Assembly (NCBI GenBank): GCA_021162425.1
Contig: JAGGYQ010000074.1
Location: 1-35,447, forward strand
Length of the DNA stretch: 35,447 bases
Direction: 5' to 3'
Origin: Candidatus Aenigmatarchaeota archaeon
GTDB lineage: Archaea; Aenigmatarchaeota; Aenigmatarchaeia; QMZP01; QMZT01
The notes under the pieces were generated by a model. That model did no database searches. It was not told the DNA's origin and saw nothing but the letters and a program-made list of their open reading frames with translations. The translations under genes were made by a program, and so were the position numbers. Numbering within the stretch: the stretch's first letter is position 1; each line of letters opens with the position of its first letter. Shown one piece after another: positions 18,236 through 26,912 of the stretch.

Positions 18236-19759
18236 ATGAATCCATTCTTGATTTTATCTGGGATAGGAATGATGCTTGTCGGTATTCTGCCTCCTATTTA
18301 TTGGCAGAAGAAAAAATCAATCGAACCGAAATATTTTTTGTTTGGTGGAGCGGTCTGGTTCATCGCTATACTAGTAAAACTTGTGATGGATTTAACGATC
18401 ACAGAATTGCTTAATAATTTTTTGCTTTCGACGTTTTCGATAAGCGGGGCAATAGTTTTGATTGGGGCATACGTCGGGTTGAGAACAGGTATTTTGGAAA
18501 ACGGTTTTACTTATGTGGCCGCTGTTAAAACAAGACTTAAAAACATGGAATTTGACCACCTGTTTGCATTTGCGCTTGGATTTGGCTGCACCGAAGCTTT
18601 TCTCATAGGACTTTCTTCGTTCCTGAATGTTCTCGTATTTTTAATCTATCCCAGCGCACTTAACTTAATTCACGAGCCCCAGCGGACGTTTGTTTTGAAT
18701 CAGCTGAGTCAACCGACAATCATAATATTCGCACCCATAATTGAGAGGGTATTCACGTTATTTGTTCATATATTTACAATATTTCTCGTATTCCTTGCTG
18801 TGAGGTCAGGCAAAACAAGATATTTTACATTGTCCGTACTTTACAAAACTCTGCCCGACGGTATGCTACCGTGGCTTACGCGAACTTTTGATACCAACAC
18901 GATTTCAGGCATTTATTCAATAGAAATATTTGTTATGCTTTTCGGTGTAGTTGCTCTGAGGGGTGCTTGGTGGGCGAAGCATGTTTTTTCCGAGATGCGC
19001 GAACAACCTGTAAGGAAATTTCATCCCAAAAGGGATGTGTTCTTCCTGATGATAGTCATTATTCTTGTGATAGAAATTTCACTTCTTATTTCGGCAATTA
19101 ATGCAAAAGTGAGCATGGATAGGAGGATAATCAACCTGAATGATTTTCGCGGTCGTTACACATTCTTAATGAGAAACAAAACAATAGGCTACAACGAGTT
19201 CAGAGTCATAAACAAAACAACAATTATGAACATCCCTGTGTATCAGATACAGGAGAAAACAAACTTGACATTCGGGAATACGTCTTTGCTGATAAACGGA
19301 AATTTGTTCATAACCAAGGATGTGAGACCAACATATCACGAATATGAGATAAGAACAGGTGACGTAAGTAAAAGGTATGTGTCAGAGTTTTCAGGTGATA
19401 AAGTTCATGAAATAATCTACATAAACGGCAAAGAACATGAAAAAACAATCCCTATATCCAATGATACATTTATACTGACCAATAACATTATAGGTCAATG
19501 GGCTCTGATGTTTCAGGTTTTGCCATTGAGATTGAACGAAGAATACGATGTTGATATATTTGACCCAAGCGAGGGAAGAACAGATAAATTTGTAATAAAG
19601 GTTGATGGCATGGAAAATATTTTAATTGGCAAGAAATTATATAAAGTGTACAGGCTTGACGGTAATTTTTCAGACATTCAGCACACATTTTATGTCACCC
19701 TCGATGGTGTGCTCGTAAAGATGAAAAATCCTGAAATCGAAATAATATTGGGGGCATGA
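18236..19759 (+). CDS. YhfC/PrsW-like intramembrane protease domain fused to a C-terminal beta-rich soluble domain
   Basis: About 8 TM helices with GILENG, GFGCTEA, IERVFTLFVH motifs, then about 210 aa of hydrophilic beta-strand sequence. Confidence 0.7.
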   Translation: MNPFLILSGIGMMLVGILPPIYWQKKKSIEPKYFLFGGAVWFIAILVKLVMDLTITELLNNFLLSTFSISGAIVLIGAYVGLRTGILENGFTYVAAVKTRLKNMEFDHLFAFALGFGCTEAFLIGLSSFLNVLVFLIYPSALNLIHEPQRTFVLNQLSQPTIIIFAPIIERVFTLFVHIFTIFLVFLAVRSGKTRYFTLSVLYKTLPDGMLPWLTRTFDTNTISGIYSIEIFVMLFGVVALRGAWWAKHVFSEMREQPVRKFHPKRDVFFLMIVIILVIEISLLISAINAKVSMDRRIINLNDFRGRYTFLMRNKTIGYNEFRVINKTTIMNIPVYQIQEKTNLTFGNTSLLINGNLFITKDVRPTYHEYEIRTGDVSKRYVSEFSGDKVHEIIYINGKEHEKTIPISNDTFILTNNIIGQWALMFQVLPLRLNEEYDVDIFDPSEGRTDKFVIKVDGMENILIGKKLYKVYRLDGNFSDIQHTFYVTLDGVLVKMKNPEIEIILGA

Positions 19760-19781
19760 TAAAAGTTAAAAGAGGTGAAGG

Positions 19782-20090
19782 ATGTTGGAGTTATGGGATT
19801 TTCTGGCAATAGCTGTCATAGCATGGGCAATAGTTGAAATAAACAAAAATTACATGGTATACAAGAAAGGCGGGAAAATCGAAAAAAGTAAAAGTGTTGA
19901 GTATCCAGAGACGTTGCTAATTGCTGGACTGGTGCTGGCGGCTATAGGTTTGGCATTATATGCAAGCGCGTATGTCACGGTTGGCTCTGGTCTTGTGCTG
20001 ACAATGAGCCTTGTCCCACTTTTCGTTGGTGCAGCGTTGCTCATAGGATATGTGTTTGTGAAACCTAAACGCTCGTTGTTCCACAGGTAA
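19782..20090 (+). CDS. Small 3-TM membrane protein
   Basis: GAGGTGA SD upstream; three hydrophobic helices. Confidence 0.75.
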   Translation: MLELWDFLAIAVIAWAIVEINKNYMVYKKGGKIEKSKSVEYPETLLIAGLVLAAIGLALYASAYVTVGSGLVLTMSLVPLFVGAALLIGYVFVKPKRSLFHR

Positions 20091-20120
20091 AAATTTATCA
20101 TATATGGACAATTTATAAGC

Positions 20121-21374
20121 ATGAACATAAGGCAGATATATGAGTATTATTCGAGAGAAGATGTGCAGGAATTTTTAATAAATTTTGGTAGAAACAGAGA
20201 AGTCGTTGGTGTATTCAAAACAGGCAGCTATTCCCAAAGACCAAATATACTTGTCTACCCAAACGATATAGTGGCAATGGTCAAGACAGGTGTTATCGAA
20301 TTCCATTCTTCGCTTGAAAGATGGTCGCAGCCGATGAATATTAAATTGGAAAATTATGAAAAGTTTCGAGTAGGCTGGGATCTAATACTTGATGTTGATT
20401 GCGAGAATATCGAACATGGAAAAATAGCATCTAACATTTTTGTATGGGCATTGAGGGAGCATGGAATAAAGAATATATCTGTGAAATTTACAGGTGGAAC
20501 AGGATTTCATATAGGCATACCATGGGAGAGTATGCCGGCAGAGGTTGATTACAAACCAACTGTAACCCAATACCCTGACATAGCAAGAAAGATAGTCATG
20601 TATCTCAAGTATTTTTCAAAGGGAAAACTTGAAAAAGCGCTACTGAGCAAATTCGATGTTGAAGAACTCGCCGAGCAGTCAGGCAAGGCAATGGGTGAAA
20701 TACTTACTGATGAGGGAATAGATCCATACAAGGTTGTTGACATAGACCCTGTATTGATCTCTCCAAGGCATTTGTTCAGAATGCCTTATTCTCTCAATAG
20801 GAAGACATTTCTTGTCTCGCTTCCCATAAAAACGAGGGACATACCTGAATTTAATGCAAGGCTTGCCAGTCCGGAAAAAGTAAAGATCACTACAGGATTT
20901 CTGGATAAATATGAGCCTGATGAGGCGAGTGTTTTGATAACCCAAGCTGTTGATTGGTTCATGCGGATTAACAAAAAAATAAAGAAAAAGAAGACTGTAT
21001 CTGCAATAACTAAGGTTGTTCCAATCGAGAACTTCCCGCCTTGTATAAAAAACATACTCAAAGGACTGTCAGATGGACGAAAACGGTCCGTGTTCATACT
21101 CATAAATTTTCTCAGGTCGTGTAAATGGAAATGGGAAAATATTGAGAAATTAATAGGTGAGTGGAACGAACGGAACAAACCGCCTTTAAGAGAGAGTTAT
21201 ATTCGTGGTCAAATAAGATGGCACAAATCGAGAGGCAAGGATATACTTCCCCCTAACTGTCATCATTCTGGTTGGTATGATGATTTCGGCGTGTGCAAAC
21301 CTGACGAGAAATGTAAAAAAATTAAGAACCCTGTAAATTACGTGTTCAAAAAATATCGGAAAAGGTCGAAGTAG
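20121..21374 (+). CDS. Single-chain DNA primase (PriS catalytic domain fused to PriL Fe-S domain)
   Basis: WDLILDVD, KFTGGTGFHI, RHLFRMPYSLN (PriS); FPPCIKNIL...PPNC..C..C..NPV (four-Cys PriL C-terminal domain). Confidence 0.9.
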   Translation: MNIRQIYEYYSREDVQEFLINFGRNREVVGVFKTGSYSQRPNILVYPNDIVAMVKTGVIEFHSSLERWSQPMNIKLENYEKFRVGWDLILDVDCENIEHGKIASNIFVWALREHGIKNISVKFTGGTGFHIGIPWESMPAEVDYKPTVTQYPDIARKIVMYLKYFSKGKLEKALLSKFDVEELAEQSGKAMGEILTDEGIDPYKVVDIDPVLISPRHLFRMPYSLNRKTFLVSLPIKTRDIPEFNARLASPEKVKITTGFLDKYEPDEASVLITQAVDWFMRINKKIKKKKTVSAITKVVPIENFPPCIKNILKGLSDGRKRSVFILINFLRSCKWKWENIEKLIGEWNERNKPPLRESYIRGQIRWHKSRGKDILPPNCHHSGWYDDFGVCKPDEKCKKIKNPVNYVFKKYRKRSK

Positions 21375-21381
21375 TAACACG

Positions 21382-22293
21382 CTATTTAAACCCTTCCCAA
21401 TACCTCCCCAATGTGAGCGAGAGCCATTGTTCATTTACCCATTTCTGTATTTTGCTGATGTCCTTTTTCTTAAGATGTCTAAATCTCTCTTGCATTTCCA
21501 TATATTTTTCAATAGGTTTCAGTTTTGTGGGTTTGTATGTGAGCATAAATTTGCCGTGATATATCTCATAAAGGGGCCAAGCACCTGTATCAACCGCAAG
21601 TTTTGCAAGCTCGATTGTTTTGCTATGGTTGAATCCCCATCCAGGCGGGCATGGACAAAGTAAATCAATAAATGCGGGTTGATTCTTCTTTTCTTTTGCC
21701 TTTAAAAGCTTGTTCATGTAGTCCAGAGGATAACCTATAGATGCGGTCGCTACATATGCTGCTCCTTGGTCTGCCATCATCTTTGCTATAGGTTTTGGGT
21801 GATAAATGTTCCCTAGTGGATTTTTTCTTCCCGGCGGCGTTGTTGTTGTTCTTGCTCCGAAAGGCGTGGCGCTGCTCATCTGGACGCCGGTGTTCGAGAA
21901 GCATTGGTTGTTATATGATATATAAATGAACTTTTCACCTCTTGTTATGGCACCTGACAGTGATTGCAAACCTATATCATATGTTGCTCCATCCCCTGCG
22001 TAAATCATGATGGTTGTATCCTTTTCTTTTTTCAGAATTTTCAAAGCTCTGTAGATGCCAGATGCAGTAGCACCTGCATTTTCAATTGCATTATGTATCC
22101 ATGGCGCTTTCACAGGCATCCAAGGATATGTAACGAACAGCGTAAAACAACCTGAAGCATTGATGATGATGGTCTTCTTCCCCAATGCCTTCAGGGCAAG
22201 TTTAAAACCTATGACAGCGGGACAACCTGCGCAGAGAGGTCCGCCGCCAACAACTATGTCTTCTTCTGGGACGTCCTTTATGGTTTGCATCAT
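21382..22293 (-). CDS. porB: Pyruvate/2-oxoacid:ferredoxin oxidoreductase beta subunit
   Basis: CAGC, ASGC, TPP motif GDGATYDIG...NN, NTGVQMSSATP, CPCPPGW. Confidence 0.92.
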   Translation of the reverse strand: MMQTIKDVPEEDIVVGGGPLCAGCPAVIGFKLALKALGKKTIIINASGCFTLFVTYPWMPVKAPWIHNAIENAGATASGIYRALKILKKEKDTTIMIYAGDGATYDIGLQSLSGAITRGEKFIYISYNNQCFSNTGVQMSSATPFGARTTTTPPGRKNPLGNIYHPKPIAKMMADQGAAYVATASIGYPLDYMNKLLKAKEKKNQPAFIDLLCPCPPGWGFNHSKTIELAKLAVDTGAWPLYEIYHGKFMLTYKPTKLKPIEKYMEMQERFRHLKKKDISKIQKWVNEQWLSLTLGRYWEGFK

Positions 22294-22357
22294 GTTAATA
22301 TTTGGTCACACTTTCTTAAAATTGTTATATTTGCAAGGTGGACAATACATGGTTGGA

Positions 22358-22513
22358 CTACTTCTTCACTTTTTCAAGTCTGACAGAACCGCAATCCCTT
22401 CGAATGACATTCGCTAGCGAGTGTCAAACGATTTTGGGGCAGACCTTTGTGGCAGGTTCCATCAAAATCGGTTTTCCTTCCCATCCACATCGAACGCAAC
22501 GATATTTTGCCAT
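22358..22513 (-). CDS. Intron-split small CPxCG zinc-finger protein; exons 22513-22433 and 22393-22358; spliced product MAKYRCVRCGWEGKPILMEPATKVCPKCGSVRLEKVKK (38 aa)
   Basis: Manual translation: CVRC in exon 1; CPK and CGS separated by 13 in-frame codons that include TGA; TTTAAA at -27..-22 from ATG. Confidence 0.78.
22394..22432 (-). other. Putative 39-nt bulge-helix-bulge (EndA-type) mRNA intron
   Basis: Outer helix CUGC/GCGG, central helix CCCA/AGGG (3 bp plus A.A), 3-nt bulges AA^A and AU^U, inner UCG/CGA plus hairpin UGACA-C-UCG-CUAG-CGA-A-UGUCA. Confidence 0.75.
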
Positions 22514-22556
22514 AAATTTTGTTTGTAATAGAGATTTAAAAATTGAAATATAACCA

Positions 22557-23204
22557 ATGTATATGGGTTCAAACATCACCAATTATAGTAGAATAATTTT
22601 AGTAATATTTTTATTAATTTTCATTAGTGGATGTTTGACAAAGTTGGAATTTCAAAAACCAATAATAATTAAAGATGTTTCTATAACTTTTGACAGTATA
22701 ATGCTGACAAAAGTATTGGATAATGGGCTTGTGTCTGATAAAGGTTATAAATTCGTAGTTATAAACATAACAGCCAAAAATATTGGCACAGAAGAAAGGT
22801 TTTTTCCTTTCTGTTGCCTATTCTACCCTTATGCTAATATGAGACTAGAAGTAGATCGTGGATATAGATATAGACCTCATTATTCTAATACTTTATGCTA
22901 CATAAGTATGTTACGACCAGAAGAAGTTAAAAAAGGCTGTATTATATTTGAAGTATTAGAAGATACTTATCCAACACGTTTAATAATTAATGAAGATTAT
23001 GGAAGATTTATTTTAGACATACCTAAGTGGAAAATTGATGTGAAAGGTTGTAAATATTCTGATGGCTCCTTATGTAAAAAGACGTGTTGTATTACCGCAG
23101 ATAAATGTAATGATAATACATTTTCGTACAAAAAATGCAATGTCTTAACGGGTAAATGGGAAAGTGAAAAATATTCTGATTCTGGCTGTACAATTTATTG
23201 TTGA
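22557..23204 (+). CDS. Lipoprotein with DUF4352-like Ig domain and Cys-rich tail
   Basis: Lipobox FISGC; GYKFVVINITAKNIG and LRPEEVKKGCIIFEV motifs; visibly AT-rich. Confidence 0.75.
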   Translation: MYMGSNITNYSRIILVIFLLIFISGCLTKLEFQKPIIIKDVSITFDSIMLTKVLDNGLVSDKGYKFVVINITAKNIGTEERFFPFCCLFYPYANMRLEVDRGYRYRPHYSNTLCYISMLRPEEVKKGCIIFEVLEDTYPTRLIINEDYGRFILDIPKWKIDVKGCKYSDGSLCKKTCCITADKCNDNTFSYKKCNVLTGKWESEKYSDSGCTIYC

Positions 23205-23313
23205 TTGATTATTTTAAATACAAAAGAAAGACCCATTTCTTTGGTGTATGTATTCAAAAAGTTAAAATTTTGTTAGAAAAATTAGTAAGTTAAAAATATA
23301 ACTTAAAAGTCTG

Positions 23314-24390
23314 TTATCTTACATGAAGTTCCACAATATCTTTATCTTTCAGTTCGTAATTCATCCCAACTTTTTGTCCAGGGAATTTCGAAGACCCCCA
23401 GATGCGCGCATACTTGAAATTTTTTGCGAATTCCTTGTGTATTCTCTTGGCGACATCTGTAATTTTAGAACCTTTTTTCATTATTAATGGTTCGCTCAGG
23501 TCAGGGTCTTCTCTAATCTTCTTCATATAAATTCTAATGAGATTCAGCTTCTTCCATAACACTTTTTTAAGCGTCTCAAGATTCTCTCCGTTTTTGGCTG
23601 ATATAAAAATACAGTCTATTCGCCTTCCTACTTCTTCCATTCTTTTTTTATCCAGCATATCTATCTTGTTGAACACTACGATGGATGGGACGTAAACCCT
23701 GTTTGTGCACAGCGAATCTATGAACCTGTCGAGAGAAATATCCTCCCTTATAACAACATCGGCGTTGTGAATTCTGTATTCATTTAACACAGTTTTTATC
23801 ATTTTTTCATCTATTTTTGTGAGTTTAACAGTTGATTCAATTCTTATCCCACCTGAATGTTTTTTTGATACAAAAACCTTTGGTTTTTCTTGGTTAAGCC
23901 TGAATCCTGCGTTATACAATTCTTTTTCAACTACGGGAAGCTGTTTCTCTTCATCTATCAATATGATTATAAGGTCAGCATTCCTGACAACAGATAGTAT
24001 TTCTTTGCCCCTCCCTTTCCCTGCAGACGCGCCGTGAATTATGCCAGGTATATCGAGAATCTGTATTTTGGCTGAATTGTACTTCATCACACCTGGAATG
24101 ATATCAAGCGTTGTGAAATCATAGTCACCAATTTTGGATTCTGCATTGGTTAGTTTCGTCAAAAGCGTGGATTTTCCGACAGAGGGGAATCCAACAAGAA
24201 GGATAGTGGCGTCACCACTCTTTTTAACGGAAAAACCCTTACCTTTCTTGCCTGTTTTGAGTTTTTCAGTTTGTTCTGTCAGCCTTGCCAATTTCGCTTT
24301 TAACATTCCTATGTGATATTGCGTCGCCTTGTTATACTTTGTCCTTTTCAATTCATCTTCTATCTTTTTTATCTCATCTTCAAGTCCCAT
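23314..24390 (-). CDS. drg: DRG/Rbg (OBG-family) GTPase with TGS domain
   Basis: NKATQYHIG.LKAKLA, GFPSVGKST, YDFTT, DIPG, NKID, C-terminal TGS. Confidence 0.95.
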   Translation of the reverse strand: MGLEDEIKKIEDELKRTKYNKATQYHIGMLKAKLARLTEQTEKLKTGKKGKGFSVKKSGDATILLVGFPSVGKSTLLTKLTNAESKIGDYDFTTLDIIPGVMKYNSAKIQILDIPGIIHGASAGKGRGKEILSVVRNADLIIILIDEEKQLPVVEKELYNAGFRLNQEKPKVFVSKKHSGGIRIESTVKLTKIDEKMIKTVLNEYRIHNADVVIREDISLDRFIDSLCTNRVYVPSIVVFNKIDMLDKKRMEEVGRRIDCIFISAKNGENLETLKKVLWKKLNLIRIYMKKIREDPDLSEPLIMKKGSKITDVAKRIHKEFAKNFKYARIWGSSKFPGQKVGMNYELKDKDIVELHVR

Positions 24391-24423
24391 AACCTTATTT
24401 TATAGAAGAGATAAATAATTATT

Positions 24424-26073
24424 ATGGCGCTGGCGCTGCTCTTCGACATAGGGATATTGATTATAGTTTCTGCTGCCCTCGCTTATATCGCAAGAGCACT
24501 CAAGCAGCCAATAATAATAGCATATGTTGTGGCAGGATTGATCATAGGACCGATGGGTTTGGGTATTATCACCAACCCCGAAGAAATATCTCTCATGTCG
24601 GAGCTTGGGATAATTTTCCTTCTTTTTTCTGTTGGTCTTGAAATAGATTTCAGAAAATTTAAGAGTGTCGGTTTTATATCGTTTGTCGGGGGTGCATTAC
24701 AAGTTACTCTGATGTTTATTCTTGGTTTTCTGACCGCATTGTTTTTCGGTTTGGGCATGCTTATGGGAATATATCTCGGTCTTTTACTTGCCCTATCGAG
24801 CACGATGATAGCGACAAAATTGCTTGTAGACAAAGATGAAATAAATACTTTACATGGTAGAATAATGCTTGGTATTCTGCTTTTTCAAGATATAATAGCG
24901 GTTGTGGCTATACCTGTGCTCAAAAACATGTATTCTGTTTTTTCGTTTGAGTTTTTCGGGTCGATAATATTCAGAGGACTTGGGCTGTTTGCTATAGCAA
25001 TACTGCTCAACAAATTTTTCTTTCCCAAAATACTTGATTACGCAGCTGAAAGGCATGAGATGTTGTTTATAACAGCAATAGCGAACTGTTTCTTTTTCAT
25101 AGGTGCTTCGTATGTTCTTGGGTTTTCCGTTACTATTGGAGGTTTTATAGCAGGTCTCTCTATGGCAAACTTTCCATACAATGTGGAGATTGCAGGCGAA
25201 ATTCATTCTCTGAGGGATTTTTTCTTGATTATATTTTTCTCAACTCTTGGTATGCAACTTAATTTCTTTGTAATAGAAGCCATGTTCCCCATGTTTGTGA
25301 CACTTTTACTTTTGACAGTTTTCTTAAAACCGATAATTTTGGGTGTTATGTATCTTTTGTCTGGTTATGGTGGCAGAACATCGACATACATAGGGCTGGG
25401 ACTTGGTCAGGCGAGTGAGTTTATGTTTATAATCGCAGCTGAAGAGTTTATGCTTGGTCATATCTCACATGATTTTTATTCACTCCTTATAAGCATAGTT
25501 GTTGTTTCCATGATAACCACACCGTATCTAGCGACGATCAGAAACAGCGTGTATAATTTATTTGCAAAAATAAAGTTGCCTAAAAGGCATATATTCCACC
25601 CAAGAAGTATCCATGAAATAGAGAATCCCCCTGTTGAAGAGGTAAGCGAGCATATAGTAATTTTTGGCGCACACAGGATGGGGGAGAAAATAGTCCAGCA
25701 CCTCAAAGATATGGACGAGAGCTTTATTGTGGTTGAGAGAGACCCAGAGATTGTCAAAGAGCTTGGCAAAAGGGGTATTTACTGCGTATATGGCGATGCT
25801 GAAAACGAAGATATACTCAAAAAGGTTTCTGTTTCAAAGGCAAAACTCATAATCATTACAATTCCATATGCCGACATATCATCTTTTGTAATAAGAAAAG
25901 CGAAAAGAACAAATCCAAAAATCAAAATACTTGCAAGAGCACACTCGGAGATAGACGCTGAACGGCTTTACAGAGCAGGGGCGGATATAGTCATAATCCC
26001 TGAATTTGTTTCAGCTGAAAGAATGATAAAGAAGTTGAACTATTTTCTTAAGGGGAACAAATTATGCGCCTGA
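24424..26073 (+). CDS. CPA2 cation:proton antiporter with TrkA-N/RCK domain (Kef-type)
   Basis: SELGIIFLLFSVGLE, LALSST, LLFQD, GQASEF; C-terminal IFGAHRMG, YGDA. Confidence 0.92.
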   Translation: MALALLFDIGILIIVSAALAYIARALKQPIIIAYVVAGLIIGPMGLGIITNPEEISLMSELGIIFLLFSVGLEIDFRKFKSVGFISFVGGALQVTLMFILGFLTALFFGLGMLMGIYLGLLLALSSTMIATKLLVDKDEINTLHGRIMLGILLFQDIIAVVAIPVLKNMYSVFSFEFFGSIIFRGLGLFAIAILLNKFFFPKILDYAAERHEMLFITAIANCFFFIGASYVLGFSVTIGGFIAGLSMANFPYNVEIAGEIHSLRDFFLIIFFSTLGMQLNFFVIEAMFPMFVTLLLLTVFLKPIILGVMYLLSGYGGRTSTYIGLGLGQASEFMFIIAAEEFMLGHISHDFYSLLISIVVVSMITTPYLATIRNSVYNLFAKIKLPKRHIFHPRSIHEIENPPVEEVSEHIVIFGAHRMGEKIVQHLKDMDESFIVVERDPEIVKELGKRGIYCVYGDAENEDILKKVSVSKAKLIIITIPYADISSFVIRKAKRTNPKIKILARAHSEIDAERLYRAGADIVIIPEFVSAERMIKKLNYFLKGNKLCA

Positions 26074-26912
26074 CAGCGATTGTAAAGAAATACGGAATAA
26101 TCCTCGACAAAGAAAAAGACCAGCATTTTATGATTTCAGATGAAATGATGGAAAAGATGATCAAACTTGCTGATTTAGCAGGAAGTGACGTGGTTCTTGA
26201 AATAGGTTCAGGCATCGGAACGCTAACGAGAAAACTTCTCGCAACAAATGCAAAGATTATCGCAGTTGAGAAAGACGACGTCTTCGTAAAGATACTACGC
26301 AAAGAGTTCCAAAATTATAAAAATTTGAAAATAATAAATGGGAATATCCTTAAGCTGATAGGAGATATAAAGTTTAATAAAAGCATTTCCAACATACCAT
26401 ACTCTATTGCGGAGGCTTTGATAACAAGACTTACACGATTAAACTTCGATGTTTGTGTTTTCAGCGTTCCGCTGAATTTCTTTCAGATAATAACATCCAA
26501 GTTTGGGAGCAAGAAGTTCTCAACGCTTTCTCTCAGGGTTAAGAGTTTTTTCTCCGTGGAATTTGGTTTTTACGTATCTAAGGAGATGTTTTATCCGCAA
26601 CCTGCAACAGATTCTGTTGTGATTTCACTAAGGCCGTTGAAAATAGACGAATATAAGGAAAATCCTGAAAAATACATATTGCGCGAGGTGTTTCTTCAGC
26701 CCAAGAAAAAATTAAAAAACGCATTGCGCGAGGCTGTTATAAACCTTAACAAGAAAATTTACAATAAAGATTTCACAAAGAGGATGGCAAAGTCGTTCAT
26801 AAAAGATTTGGGCATAGACAAAGAAATTCTGGAAAAGCGAAATCCGGGAATTTCTGACTGGGAAACGGTTTTAGAGCGTATTAGACTTCATAAAAGCCTC
26901 TTCGTGCGGTAG
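26064..26912 (+). CDS. ksgA: 16S rRNA adenine dimethyltransferase KsgA/Dim1
   Basis: DQHFM, VLEIGSGIGTLT, AVEKD, SNIPYSI, FYPQPATDS. Confidence 0.9.
   Translation: MRLTAIVKKYGIILDKEKDQHFMISDEMMEKMIKLADLAGSDVVLEIGSGIGTLTRKLLATNAKIIAVEKDDVFVKILRKEFQNYKNLKIINGNILKLIGDIKFNKSISNIPYSIAEALITRLTRLNFDVCVFSVPLNFFQIITSKFGSKKFSTLSLRVKSFFSVEFGFYVSKEMFYPQPATDSVVISLRPLKIDEYKENPEKYILREVFLQPKKKLKNALREAVINLNKKIYNKDFTKRMAKSFIKDLGIDKEILEKRNPGISDWETVLERIRLHKSLFVR

Noticed and set aside
22394-22432. UGA plus hairpin as a selenocysteine or readthrough signal
   Set aside because: Readthrough leaves 13 extra residues inside the CPxC knuckle, whereas BHB excision restores CPKCG exactly. Archaeal SECIS elements are typically in UTRs, and TGA is a normal stop in many genes here.
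22338-22553. Plus-strand 71-aa ORF, or a standalone plus-strand ncRNA
   Set aside because: The ORF has no recognisable motif, and the hairpins are better explained by the minus-strand split gene. One C.A mismatch would be a G-U pair on the plus strand, so an antisense RNA is not fully excluded.
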